Assembly: GCA_963575745.1 (NCBI GenBank)
Contig: CAUYUJ010000001.1
Span: 558,001-622,000 of the forward strand
Reading direction: 5' to 3'
DNA length: 64,000 bases
Origin: Prorocentrum cordatum
Taxonomy: Eukaryota
In this document: piece after piece, positions 52,700 through 64,000 of the stretch
How positions within the stretch are numbered: position 1 is the stretch's first letter
How the letters are laid out: each line of letters starts with the position of its first letter
Program-made: the position numbers and the translations under genes
Notes under the pieces: model-generated
Databases searched by the model: none
Seen by the model: only the letters and a program-made list of their open reading frames with translations
What the model was told of the DNA's origin: nothing

Positions 52700-54780
52700 C
52701 CTGAAAGAGCTGTGCGATGGTGGATGCTCTTCGCGCTCACTGGAGACCCACCTTCGAGCGCAAGCACGTCATCGCCGTCAAGGTCCAGCAGTACATCGTC
52801 GAGCACATGCCCAGCCACCCCGCCATCGACGTCGGCGCGCCCACCAAGTCGCACATCAGGGGCTTCCTGCTTCGCAAGGCCCCGCCCGCGCCTGGGCCCG
52901 ACCTCTTGCCGTGCCGCGCCTGGCTCGCCGTGGGCGCGTTCCTGGACCTGCTGGGGGACCTTGCCTGGCATCTCCGCTCCAACCCTGACTTCACCCACGA
53001 CCTGAACGACTCTGACTACGTGTTCCTGCCGAAGGGCGACAACCTCACAGGCGTACTCACCACGGACCGCCTACCTGAGGACGCACGCCAGCTGTCTCTC
53101 AAGTACACAGATACCAAGGCCATCGCAAGCGCGGCCAACTTCCTCATCAAATCCGCTGTGGCAGAGCGGACTCATTACCCGCAGCAAAGCTTTGTCGTGG
53201 GCCGCAATCTCACCAAGCACATCGTCAACCGCGACGCCGAGATGCGCCGCGCTGGAGTTCGCCCAGAGGCCGACAAGCACAAGCCCGTTTCCACCAGCTT
53301 TGACTTCGCGGCTGCTCCTCCGTCGCTCGGCAGCGGCTGGCTCTTCGCGCCGCTGGAGCGATTCAGCGTCCCTGAGGGCCTGGTGAGCCTCTTTCGCCAG
53401 CTGTGCCACGCCCCCAACAGTTTCCTCAAAGTAGATGGCGTTCGCCACTTCGTGCTACTGATCGAGTCTGGCGTGGATCAGGGCTGCCCTGCGAGCGGCT
53501 CGGCATGGGCGTTCGCCATGGACCCGCTCGTTCGCCACATCGCCTCGTTCGTCGAGACCGTCAACGGCATACCTGACTACGACAAGGGCTACCTGGGCGT
53601 CAGCGCGGACGACACTGGCCTCCTCACGTTCTCATTCAACACGCTGCGCGCCGACGCTGAGCCCTTTGCCGCCGCTCAGGAGCTTGTGCTCCTCTCCTTG
53701 AAACCCCGCAAGTGTGTCGCCGTCCCGCTTTGGGCGAATACTTTACAGCTCGTGCAGAGTGGCAGCGATGCCACCGTTCGCCTTCACTACACCTCAGTCG
53801 TTTCAACGCTCAGCTATGTCTCGCAGATCGTTCTGCTCGATCAGAAGATCGCCCGCCGTGAACATCACATTTTCCACAGGATACCCAGTCTCCCGCCTAA
53901 CACATTTCGCAAAGTAGATCTCATTGCCATGGCGGAATGGTGCCCGCCTCCTGTCCCGCGTTCGGCTCAGATGTCAGCTGTCGCCGCCGCCATTCGATCA
54001 GCCACTCTCACGCTCCGTGGGGAGTGGGAACCATTCTTCACTGCCGCCCCGTTTCCAGCAGCTTCCGTAGCCGCGGCGAACCGCGCAGCTGCCCGCGAAA
54101 TTCGCGAGGCCCCGAGTGCTGAGCCACCGCGCCGCCCCAAGGTGCAGCGCGCGGTCGCGCTCACGCTTCAGCGGGCCTCCCTCTCATCGCCCTTCACAGT
54201 CTCGCTCGAGAAGCGTATCGCAGCCTGGGGCGTTTCTTAGCCGCCTCCGCCCCCAGAGCTTGCTACGCGATGCGCTGATCTCACGAATGCCATGCGCGCC
54301 GTCCGCCCGAGCTGGTGCTGGGCGGTACATAAGACACCCGCAGGTGGATGCTCGACGACCCACCGCATGCACGCTCTCCTGCAGAAGTCGTGTGTGTTCG
54401 GGCGCCCACCAGCGCCCGATTCATTCCCTCACTACCTCTCCTGCTCGGTCCTCCTGAGCCTCCTCTGGTCCCCCGACTCGCCCCCCCTCCACAGCACGCT
54501 TACACCCTGGGGCATGGGCCCCGACGCAGCCTATCCGTCTGAACCCGCGAACGAGCTCTCGTTAACGTGGACGATTCAGCGGATTGCGCTCGCCTTTCAC
54601 CTCTTTAACAAAATGAGGCACCCCTCGCCGACCCCAGCTACGACAGCTGAAGGGTTGAGCGCCGTCAAAGCATTGCTCTGGAAGTAGACGCGCGGTAGAC
54701 GGACAGGAGCGGACAGACTTCTTGCCCTCGTCTCGCTTCTTGCCCGCTTGCCCTCGTCTCTTCCTCTCTGGGTACGTGCA
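52700..54780 (+). pseudogene. 5'-truncated, degenerate L1/Tx1-like LINE RT fragment ending at (CCT)n
   Basis: APGPD, VFLPKG, RQLSL, QQSFVVGR, FDFAAA, GVDQGCPASG, SADDT, LKPRKC; degenerate C-terminal knuckle CVFG..DS..HY..C. Confidence 0.85.
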
Positions 54781-55124
54781 CTCCTCCTCCTCCTCCTCCT
54801 CCTCCTCCTCCTCCTCCTCCTCCTCCTCCTCCTCCTACCGGGTCGCCTCCTTTCTCCTTCAGCCCTTTTCCCCCCGTCCCCCCTCACCTTCTTCACCTCC
54901 GATGTCTATCTGTCCGTCTGTCTGTCCTGTCCGTCTGTGTGCCTGCCTGTGTGTCTGCCTGCCCGCCTGCCTGCCTGCCTGCCTGTCTGCCTGCCCGCCT
55001 GCCTGCTCGCCTGCCTATCTGCCTGCCTGCCTGCCTGTCTGTCTGCCTGCCTTTTCTGCCTGTCTGCCTGCTTGCCTGCTGTCCGTCTCTCTCTCTCTCT
55101 CTCTCTCTCTTTTCTCTCTCTCTT

Positions 55125-55159
<35 letters not shown>

Positions 55160-55250
55160 TTCTGTCTGTCCCTCTCTCTCTCTCTCTCTCTCTTTTTTCT
55201 GTTTATCATTCCTCCTCCTTCCCCCGTCTTCCGTCTTCCCCCGTCTTCTC
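54781..55250. repeat. (CCT)n, (GCCT)n and (CT)n microsatellites
   Basis: Direct inspection. Confidence 0.95.
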
Positions 55251-55699
55251 CCCACCGCTAAATTGGACGGTAGGGCGGACTGGGCGATTCGCAGAACATC
55301 TCTTCCAGAAACATATCCCAGGAGCGTAGCCTGGTCCAGGCATGTCTGGGGGAATGCAGTGACACAAAGAGACGGCAAGAGGGGGAGTTGCATGGTATCA
55401 CTCTCACGCTCCATCGGTTTTTTGATTGTAGAATTTGTAGGGACTTTTGTAGGGTCCGCGCAAAGGCCTCCTCCTCGTGGCCCTGTCGACGGAGGAGTGG
55501 AAAGAGGAGGAGGAGGATGATGAGGAAGGAGAATTTTGAGAGGAAGGAGGGAGGATGCTGCTGATGACGAAGAGGAACGCAAAGAGGCGGAAGAGGATGA
55601 GGGGAGGGCGAGCGGAAAGGAAGGGGGATATGAAGGAGCACCTTCCTTTTTCCCCAGTTGGGCTTTCCTAAGGGTTCTTATTTGGTTGCAGGTTGGTGC

Positions 55700-56566
55700 C
55701 TTGGATTCTTACGTTGCCCGTTGCTCGGAGGTTCCCCGGGCTCTTCGGGTTCCCCGGGTTCCTCGCCCTTGGTGCCTCCGATTCTTACGCTGCCCGTTGT
55801 TCAGATGTTCCCCTGGTTCCTCGGGTTCCCTGGGTTTCCCGCCCCCAGTGCCTCCTATTGTTACTTTGCCCGTTCCTCGGAGGTTGTCCGGGTTCCCTGG
55901 GATCCTCGGGTTCCCCGGGTTCCCCGGGTTCCCCGGGATCCTCGGGTTCCCCGGTTTCCCCGGGTTCCCTGGGTTCCTCGGGTTTCCCAGGATCCCCGGG
56001 TTCCCCAGGTTTGTCGCGGGTTCCTTGGGTTCCTCCGGTTCCCTGGTCTTGTCCATTGCTTGGGTTCTTCGGGTTCCCTGTTTCTTGTTTGGGTTCCTCG
56101 GGTTCCCTGGCGTCTTGTTCCTCGGATTGTCCAGGTTCCCCGGTCTTGTTAATTGCCTGGGTTCCTGGCGTTCCCAGGTCTTGTTCCTCGGGTTCCCCGG
56201 CATTGCAAAGCAATGCCAAGACAAGCAACGCCAAACAATGCAGAGCAATGCCAATCTACGCAATGCAATGCCACGCAATGCCAACCAGGGCCTATCAATG
56301 CTCAGCAAGTGCTAAGCAATGCCAAGCAACGCCAAGCAACGCAAAGCAATGCAAGGCAATGCGAAGCAATGCGAAGCAATTCCAAGCAATGCGCCCATGC
56401 AATAGGAAGTTTCCCCCTACTTGGGGTCGCGCTGGGTTCATCAAATTCTGGTAAATCCCAGGAGCGAGGATGCCGAGAATGACTTGGGAGGATGCAGCAG
56501 GGAAGAGGAGGAGGAGGAGCAGGATGCTGCTGCTGCTGATGATGCTGATGCTGATGATGATAATGC

Positions 56567-56649
<83 letters not shown>

Positions 56650-56760
56650 CTGATGCTGATGCTGATGCTGATGCTGATGTTGATGCTGACGATGAGGCGG
56701 AGGAGGAAGAGGAGGAGGAGGAGGAGGAGGAGGAGAAGGATAATGAGGAACAGGCGGAGG
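55700..56760. repeat. 9-bp GGGTTCCYC minisatellite, (GCAAT)n, (GAT)n and (GAG)n tracts
   Basis: Direct inspection. Confidence 0.9.
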
Positions 56761-58569
56761 AGGGGTACGTGAGAGGAAGACGGCGAGGACGACGAAGACG
56801 ACAATGACAGGGATCAGTCGTAAATGCCTTCTGGGGTCTTTCGCTGAAGTATGGAGCCTCTTGGAGATTTCTCGGGGCTACCTTGGAGCCCTCTTGGAGA
56901 TTTCTCGGGGCTACCTTGGAGCCCTCTTGGGTCTATTTGGGGAACTTTTGGGGCCCTTTGGGGAGTCCCTTGGGGCCCTCTTGGGTGTGCATTGGGGATC
57001 CTCTTGGAGCAACCCTAGAGGCCATCGATCAACAAGGTGTGGGTATTCGATTTCCCCCCCTTTTATCCCCCCATCGCTGTTCAGGACCGTGCTGTGATGC
57101 TTTTGGTGGTCTTTGGGACCCTCTTGCAACCCTGGTGGGCCCAGTCTGGGGTTCTCTTGGGCTACCTCGGGGCCACCTTCTTGAGATGCGAAGAGGCGAT
57201 GCGCTCCAACACATTGAACACCCTCAGGTATTTCAGGTTTTTGGGCGTCTTTTGTCCCCTAGGGGGCATCCCTGGGAGGCTTCGAAGCGTTTCGGGGCCG
57301 TCTTGGAGGCATCGCATGGTCTCCTGGAAGCATGTTGGGGGACATGCTGGTCAAACTCGGGCTTTCCTGCGTCATATTGGAGGCTATATTGGGCTATCTG
57401 GTGTCATCTTGGGGCCATCTTAGGCCACCTTGGACGCTCTGCCCTCCCCTCCGTGTCAGACTTGAGGTCGGGGGTAGGGCCGGGGGTCAAGGCTGCCTCG
57501 CCCACCCCTGCCCGCCCTCGCACCATGTTCGCAGCAGCCGAGACTCAGCAAAGGCAGAGGTCGCCATCGGAAGGAGAGTCATCGGAAACAGGTCCAGACG
57601 CCAGGTGCGCGACGCTCTCGAGGTGTGCCGCGCGTGCCAGGTGCGCCACGCACATCAGGCGCACCCAGTGAACCAGGCGCCCAAGCGCGTGGCGGGCGCG
57701 CTTGGTGTGCTACCCGCGCCACGTGTGCCACATTCACATTGCTCCAGTCGCGCCCCCGTGCTCGGATGAGAGCCCAACGCTATGCTCCAGGCGACGCGCA
57801 CACATGGGGCAGTATGTCGACACCCCACCATCCCTACCAACAACATGTGACACTGGCAGCGGGTTGGTCGGCATAGTATGCGTGGACCCGCAGTCAGGTC
57901 GCACTTGCTTTGGATGTGGAAGGCGGGCCAGCGCACAGCTGACGAATACGATCCCCCCCCCGTCATCCTCGTCAAAAGCCAGTGCAGAGGGATCGTGCGG
58001 TGCCCACCCTCGTCAGCAATATCTTGCCGCCATATGCACGTTGAGTAGTTTTTGTTGGGTGGTGGCGGTGGGGGTGCTCGTTGGTCCTGGTCGGCGGTCT
58101 GTCGACCAGGGGAAGGGGGTGTTTGTTACCGTGGGGTCATTCGGTAAGGAACGTGCCCAGGAGGCTTCAGACCCTGAGGGATTTCTCTGATGAGTGCAGC
58201 TGTGATATCCGTGGCCGAGCCTCAGTGGGTGCTCCATGGGCTTCCAGACGGTGCATCCTCAGAGGGCTGGCGGGGCTACTGCAGGGACCCGCGAAGGGCC
58301 AGGGGTAATTTGGGTCGAGAGTGGCCTCGAGGGGAGTGATAACTAGGGGGGTTGGATGTCAAGGCCAGGGCCACGAGATCTCCTCAGATTTCATGGCGGC
58401 GCCTGCTCTTATTTCAATACCCTACACCCCCCCTGGGCCGTGCACGCGCCTCGGGCCATGCCTTGCGAACCCGTCTCTTGGACGCCCCCCTCCTGGACGC
58501 CCCCGATGGGGAGGCGGAGGGTGTGCTGCAGCATCGCTGATGCATCTTGGGTATGTGTTACCCGTTACC

Positions 58570-58785
58570 CCCTCCTCCTCGTCCTCCTCCTCCTCCTCCT
58601 CCTCCTCCCTCCTCCTCCTCCTCCTCCTCCTCCTCCTCCTCCTCCTCCTCCTCCTCCTCCTCCTCGTCCTCCTCCTCCACCTCCTCCTCCTCCTCCTCCT
58701 CCACCTCCTCCTCCTCCCCCTTCTTCTCCTTCTCCTTCTCCTCCTCCTCCTCCTCCTCCTCCTCCTCCTCTTCATCCTCCCTTCT
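58570..58785. repeat. (CCT)n microsatellite
   Basis: Direct inspection. Confidence 0.95.
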
Positions 58786-59522
58786 GCCGCCCCTGGGGGG
58801 GATCAGCATCGGCCCGCCAGTCTCCAGTCTTGATGGCCCACTGGAATGGCCCTGCCAGCTGGGAGACCAGTAGGCTTCGCTCCAATGCCTTAAGAAATCT
58901 TAAGGCCAAGTGTCACCCGCGCACGGGGATTCCCCTAACTGGTGACACCCACGCGGCTTCGGAATAGCCGCGTTTTCCTCCAATCAATCGTGGTTCCCTC
59001 GTTTCCTCGGCGGAGTCATTCGAGTCGCGTGTCCCCCCTTCACCCCCCTCTCTCCTCCTCGACCACACAATGCCAGCCTCTTCTCCCCCCTCTTCTCCCC
59101 CCCCTCGTTCTGGAGCGCCCCGTGCACCTACGCCTGAGGGGGTCGCGGCCCCCCACCCCGCTGCGCTCTCGCCAGCGGCCGCGCCCCGGCGCGTGCCGCC
59201 GCGCCTCGCCGCGCCTCGCCGCGCCCCGCCTCTCCTCCTCGACGCCCCCCCCCCTCCACGCATGTGCTACCACGGGGCCCGTGCGCCGTCCGTGGGGGAC
59301 GGACGCGCTCGGCGGCGCCCCGTGCGGCCCGGCACCGCCGCCTCGTTCTGGCAGCGCGGGCCGCCCGTGCCTCGCGCGCGCGCGCGGGGGGCCTCCGAGG
59401 GGGGGCCCCCGGCGACGCGGCGTGCTCGTGCCGCCAGGGCTCCGCCCTGGGGCGCGGCCCGGCGGATGTCTGCACAGGTGGCCGCCGCCCCCGGCCAGGC
59501 CCGTCCCTGTCGAGGAGGCTCT

Positions 59523-59765
59523 AGGCTTCCTAGATGGGGTCGGAGTAGATGGGGTCGGAGTAGATGGGGTCGGAGGATCGCGCCGCATCGCCGATGCATT
59601 GCCGATGCGGCTCGATGTGCAACCCGCTTTGCTTCACGTCAACGTCGCCGATGCATCCCCGACGTCGACGATGCGTCGCCGGTGCATCGCCGATGCATCG
59701 CCGATGTATCGGCGATGCGGCGTGATCCTCCGACCCCATCTACTCCGACCCCATCTAGGAGGCCT
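59523..59765. mobile_element. MITE/foldback element with about 60-bp TIRs containing 15-bp subterminal repeats
   Basis: Left AGGCTTCCT(AGATGGGGTCGGAGT)x3..GATCGCGCCGCATCGCCGAT; the right end is its reverse complement with 2 subrepeats. Confidence 0.8.
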
Positions 59766-60947
59766 CTAGAGGCGCAATCAGGGGTTATGGCCAGGAGCTT
59801 TGGTGTGTGCGTGTACATCCCTTCTACCTATGAAATTCACAATGACAAAGCCCACGGGTCGCCGGCCTCCCCCCCATCGGAGTAGCCCCGCCGCATCCCA
59901 GGAAGCCCCCCAAAGCCCCCAAGAGGCACCCATGGAAGCGTCGCGACGGCCTTTGACCGATTCAAAACGCCCCCAGGACGACCCAAAGAGCTGCGAAATT
60001 TCGCACCAAGACGCCCTGGAAGACCCCAAGACGGCTCAAGAAGCTCCCAAGACGCCCCACGAGGCTCCCAAGATGCCTCCCCAAGAGAGCCCCGAGAGAG
60101 AAGTTCGCCACATTCCTTCGGGAAAATGTATACTTTTCGCTTCTTTGCTTCTCGGGCTCTCACTGCGTCCAAGAGGGCACTATAGCCCCCCCAGATCACC
60201 CCAGGACAGCTCAAGAGGCCCCAAACAGGAACCCAATACGTCCCAAGAAGGCCTCAAGACAGCCCAAGAGGCCCCCAAGACGGCCCAAGAAAAACCCTGG
60301 GACGGCCTCGAGAGGAGGGCCAAGAGAGAGTTCCCGACCTGACATTTCCAAGCCTTCGTTTCCAAGACGCCCCCAGGGACCCCAGAAAGCTTCCGGGAGG
60401 CCTTCAAGAAGCCACTAGAGGTCCGAGGGGACCCCAAGAGGCCCCCACAAATCTCCCGAGGGCTCCCAAGAGGCCCCACCCCAAACGCCCTCGAAGCCAC
60501 GAACGCCGACGAGCCTCTCGTTGCGCATTCCTCCCCGGAGGCTCCCAAGAAGCCATACCCTGGACGCCCCGACGGCCACAAACGCTGACATGCTTCCCGT
60601 TGTGCATTTCTTAAGACTCCATCATGTCGGCGAACGGGTTCCCAGGGCCTATGGGTCGCGTGGGGTTCGAGTTCCCAGAGCCGATGGGTTGCGGGGGTCA
60701 CGAGGAGACTAGGTACCAAGCGCCGCGCACCGCGCCTGACCCACCCGTCCCCTCGCTCCTTACCGCAATTGCAGGGTACTACATACCTGTCCATTCGCCC
60801 ATCCAGAAACACGCATCCATGAGGCGTCTTGTTCTCACGCCTATGTAGAATACCGCTGAAGCTATGTCACGCAGGTCTGCGGTCACCGTGGGCGGCCGAC
60901 AGCGTTACTCAGATGTGGTGGCCAACAACCCGACACTCATTCCCCCT

Positions 60948-61365
60948 GGCGCCACACTGTCGTCACAAATGGCCCTGTTCTCCCCCCCTCTCCCTTGCTT
61001 TCTCCTTCACTGCATCAATGGCCGGGTTCAGTCAGTGCGCTTTCCCAAACATGCGATATTGTCTTTCCCTCAATGCGGGCTCCCCCGGACCCCCCGAGAT
61101 CCCAACTACCCCCCAAACTCCGGGGGCCTTCAAGGGGCAGGTGTGGCGACTAACACAACGTGTGCTACGTTCAGTGTCCGTTGCGCCACATTGTCGTCAC
61201 AAGTGGCCTTGCTCTTCCCTTCTCCCTTGTTTAATCCTTCCCTGCATCAATGGCCGAGTTCCGTCAGTGCGGTTTCCCAGGCATGCGATGCAGTACATTT
61301 CTCAATGCGGCCCCCCCCCCCCCATGAACCTGGCTATCCCCCCGAGCTCCTGGGGCTTTCAGAGG
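60948..61365. repeat. Two diverged direct repeats of about 235 bp
   Basis: GCGCCACAYTGTCGTCACAARTGGCC at about 60948 and 61183, with colinear downstream sequence. Confidence 0.8.
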
Positions 61366-62960
61366 GGCCCGACACCGCCAGAAATCGACCCGGGGCGAAA
61401 CCTCAAGGGGAGCTGCAGACCTCGGGGACCCTCCGCCGAGACACGGCCAGGACGAACGGTCGCGTACAAAGCAGACAACGAAATGTGAGATACGGGACGG
61501 ACCTGAGCATACACTGGACACCCCAAGAGGTCCCACAAGGCTTCCAGGGCCCCCCCGAGGATGCCCTCTAGGAGACCCCCAAGAGGCCTAAAAACAAATC
61601 AAAAGACGCCTCGCATTGCTTCCAAAGCACTTCCGAAGGACCTGGACTAGCCACACAAGCGCACTGCGCCTGAGATCCATTTACAGACGCAACCAAACAA
61701 CAGGAATGCATAATGGCACCTTACCATCGATCTTCAAACCAGAACGCAGCCACTCCAACAACTCTGTTACATGACAAGCCCAGGCCAACATTACAAGCCC
61801 TCAAGAAGCGCCAGGAGGCCCCCTAGAGATCCCAAACCAACTCCCAAGAGGGCCCCCAAGAGGCTCCATACTGGACCACAAGACGACTCAGCTTGCCTCC
61901 AAGACACCTCCGAGAGACTTGCCACGGCATTCCAAGGTTCCATGATCATCGGTGACGTCATAGATATTCTACACCACGGCTCCCCGCACGACCGACGACG
62001 TCAACAAACACTTGCCCACGCAAGACATGCAGCACGAAACGCGACGAACTTTGCAATAACGCGCCGTAATCACGCCTCAGAGCCGTGTACCTATTAGCGT
62101 GAACCACGGGAGCGCAGACCGAGCAACACTGTTACCATCAGTGCCACCAGCGCGTCGCGACAGAAACGTTGCCACCCCTTGCCATTTGGGCGCCCGAGGG
62201 ATCTACAGATAGTTTTTTTCCGGAACAAACCTCCCGTAGGGCCCCTTGGCACACGAGGCTCCTCCGGGGTCCCAAAACAGCCTCCAGGGAGGCCCCCCAG
62301 AGGCTCCAAACCCGACCACAATACGTACACACGCCAGGAGCCACGTACATACAACATCAAACCACATGAAAGCAGGACGGTACCTCCCCGTCTGACTTCA
62401 AACCAAAACGACGGCACACCATGATGTACATGTGCCCTCACCATAGTTTCTATAATAGATCAAAACGACTAGTTTGAACACAAGACGCATTGAAACAGGT
62501 GTCGTCACCATGCACCATGGGCTGCACAACGGTCGCCACCACCACAGTTCCGAATCAACACAAGTCATTGCACGTACAATATCCAGGCAACTGTCCATAC
62601 CGCAGACATGCAGACCGGAACCGCTCTGTCGAATTACAAACGAAGACGCGACCACCTCATTACATGCCTCTGCCCATACCACTCGTCTCCCTCGTCCTCA
62701 TCGTCGTCCTCGTCCTCCTCCAATTCTTATTCCTCCTCCTCCTTCTCCCCGCCTTGACGCCACGCGGTCCCAAGAGCGCCGTTAGAGGGAACCTCAGCCC
62801 GGTTTTTACCGAAAAACCGCCCTGCAGCCCCTGTGGGGACTGATACAGAAAACCAGCGACGAAATCGCCTTCTCCAGAAAACTCCTCCCCCTCCTCGTCC
62901 TCGTCGTCGTCCTCGTCCTCCTTCGCCTCCTCCTCCTTCTCCTCCTCCTCCTCCTCCTCC

Positions 62961-62982
62961 TCCGTAGCCATTTTGGCTCAAG
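62961..62982 (+). other. Genomic copy of the complete dinoflagellate spliced leader (DinoSL)
   Basis: TCCGTAGCCATTTTGGCTCAAG matches DCCGTAGCCATTTTGGCTCAAG at 22/22. It is followed by ATG, not a GT donor, so it is a retro-integrated 5' end rather than an SL RNA gene. Confidence 0.95.
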
Positions 62983-63170
62983 ATGATTTCGCCCCGTGGC
63001 AGAGCACGGAGACCCTTGGTCCAGGGACAGCTAAGGACACGCTTTCATATCCTCGCCTTCCTGCTGCCCAGCGGGTTGAGCTTCATATTTGGTGCTGCAT
63101 CCGCCTGCAGACACCTTCACGCGCAATACGCAGAGGCTGGCGCGGGCCTCAGATCGCCGACGTCGCCGAC

Positions 63171-64000
63171 ATGGGTCCTCCCGGAGACTGCCTGGCCAGC
63201 GCTGCATCGACCCCTCGTGACGGAGCCACCGACCCAGTCAAGCGACAACAAGACCCATGGCATGACAGCGCATCCAAACTCGCAGTTCACGACCTTCCAG
63301 CACATGTTCGGAAGCAGCTCGAGGAGACCATGGCCGCCCAGATCAAAGACGCCACCGAAAAGTTCGAGGCCACAGCCAAGGCAGTCACAGCAAAGGCCAG
63401 CTCAGAGTTTCTTGCCTCACTCACGCAGATCACGTCCGACCTCAGCAGACGTCACGAAGCCACAGAACGAGATATCACCGCAGTCAAGCTCCGCACCAAC
63501 GTCCTGGAAGAGCAGAACTTCGAACTCAAGGCCGCCGTCGCCAAGCTGGAGTCCATCATCACAGCAGCAGAAGCACGCGCTCCCGCCCTCAACCTGGACG
63601 GCTTGGGCAGCTGGGACCGCGACCCCGACATCACCACCTTCTGGTGCAGCAGCCCGCAGGAGTTCGGTCAGCAACACCTTGAAAAAGCTCTCACCCCATG
63701 GTTCCAGGCAGCCAACATCAAGAAGGACATGGTCATCTTCAACACGGTCGGCCCTTCCAAGCGCCACTCGTTTCAGGTCAGCGGTGGCACAGTGGTGGCG
63801 GAACCTCGGGCACAACGTCTTCATAATGCTTTGCGCAATGGAAAGGATTGGCGCACATTCACTCTCGATTCTGGTAATGATAAATACGTTCCTCTATATG
63901 TCTCCGCCGACAAGAGCCCGAAGGCCGTCCGCACGGAGGTCCAGATCAAGCGCCTCGCCAAGATCATGCAGAACGTCAAGCCAGACCTCGATGCTCGCTC
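63171..64000 (+). CDS. Probable LINE ORF1-like coiled-coil protein (open to window end)
   Basis: Translated by hand: MGPPGDC...QIKDATEKFEATAK...RTNVLEEQNFELKAAVAKLESII...LYVSADKSPKAVRTEVQIKRL. No stop; follows the SL; lies after a (CCT)n tract like the other LINE. A host retrogene cannot be excluded. Confidence 0.6.
   Translation, partial: MGPPGDCLASAASTPRDGATDPVKRQQDPWHDSASKLAVHDLPAHVRKQLEETMAAQIKDATEKFEATAKAVTAKASSEFLASLTQITSDLSRRHEATERDITAVKLRTNVLEEQNFELKAAVAKLESIITAAEARAPALNLDGLGSWDRDPDITTFWCSSPQEFGQQHLEKALTPWFQAANIKKDMVIFNTVGPSKRHSFQVSGGTVVAEPRAQRLHNALRNGKDWRTFTLDSGNDKYVPLYVSADKSPKAVRTEVQIKRLAKIMQNVKPDLDAR

Noticed and set aside
55709..56308. Collagen-like G-X-P ORFs
   Set aside because: Produced by a 9-bp minisatellite that is open in most frames.
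57460..58330. Higher-complexity stretch with a CPMC word on the minus strand
   Set aside because: Possibly a decayed retroelement tail, but there is no sustained frame or recognisable domain.
62961..62990. SL RNA gene
   Set aside because: The SL is followed by ATG and coding sequence, not a GT donor and SL intron.

Overview
Eukaryotic, repeat-saturated window, almost certainly dinoflagellate: it contains a perfect 22-nt dinoflagellate spliced leader (DinoSL, TCCGTAGCCATTTTGGCTCAAG) at 62961. I can support no ordinary host gene. Main contents, left to right: (1) a 1.6-1.7 kb macrosatellite; (2) an intact 7.3-kb Ty1/copia LTR retrotransposon (4052-11345) with identical 83-bp LTRs that embed an SL-like sequence, and a C5 cytosine-methyltransferase-like domain between integrase and RT; (3) a 5'-truncated CRE-type RLE non-LTR element on the minus strand; (4) a giant 18.0-kb copia-order element (14802-32778) with 196-bp LTRs, a half-tRNA-type PBS, a CCCH-finger Gag and about 8 kb of extra coding sequence after RNase H, containing a Tpt1/KptA RNA 2'-phosphotransferase-like domain and a probable SGNH-fold domain; (5) a mosaic of satellites, MITEs and short (TGT)n-tailed modules; (6) a full-length decayed APE-RT-RNaseH LINE in a (CCT)n tract, a second decayed LINE fragment, and the SL-capped 5' end of a probable third. 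The best candidates for undescribed biology are the Tpt1-carrying giant copia, the SL-mimicking LTRs and the DNMT-carrying copia. All domain calls come from motif recognition by eye; no searches were run.
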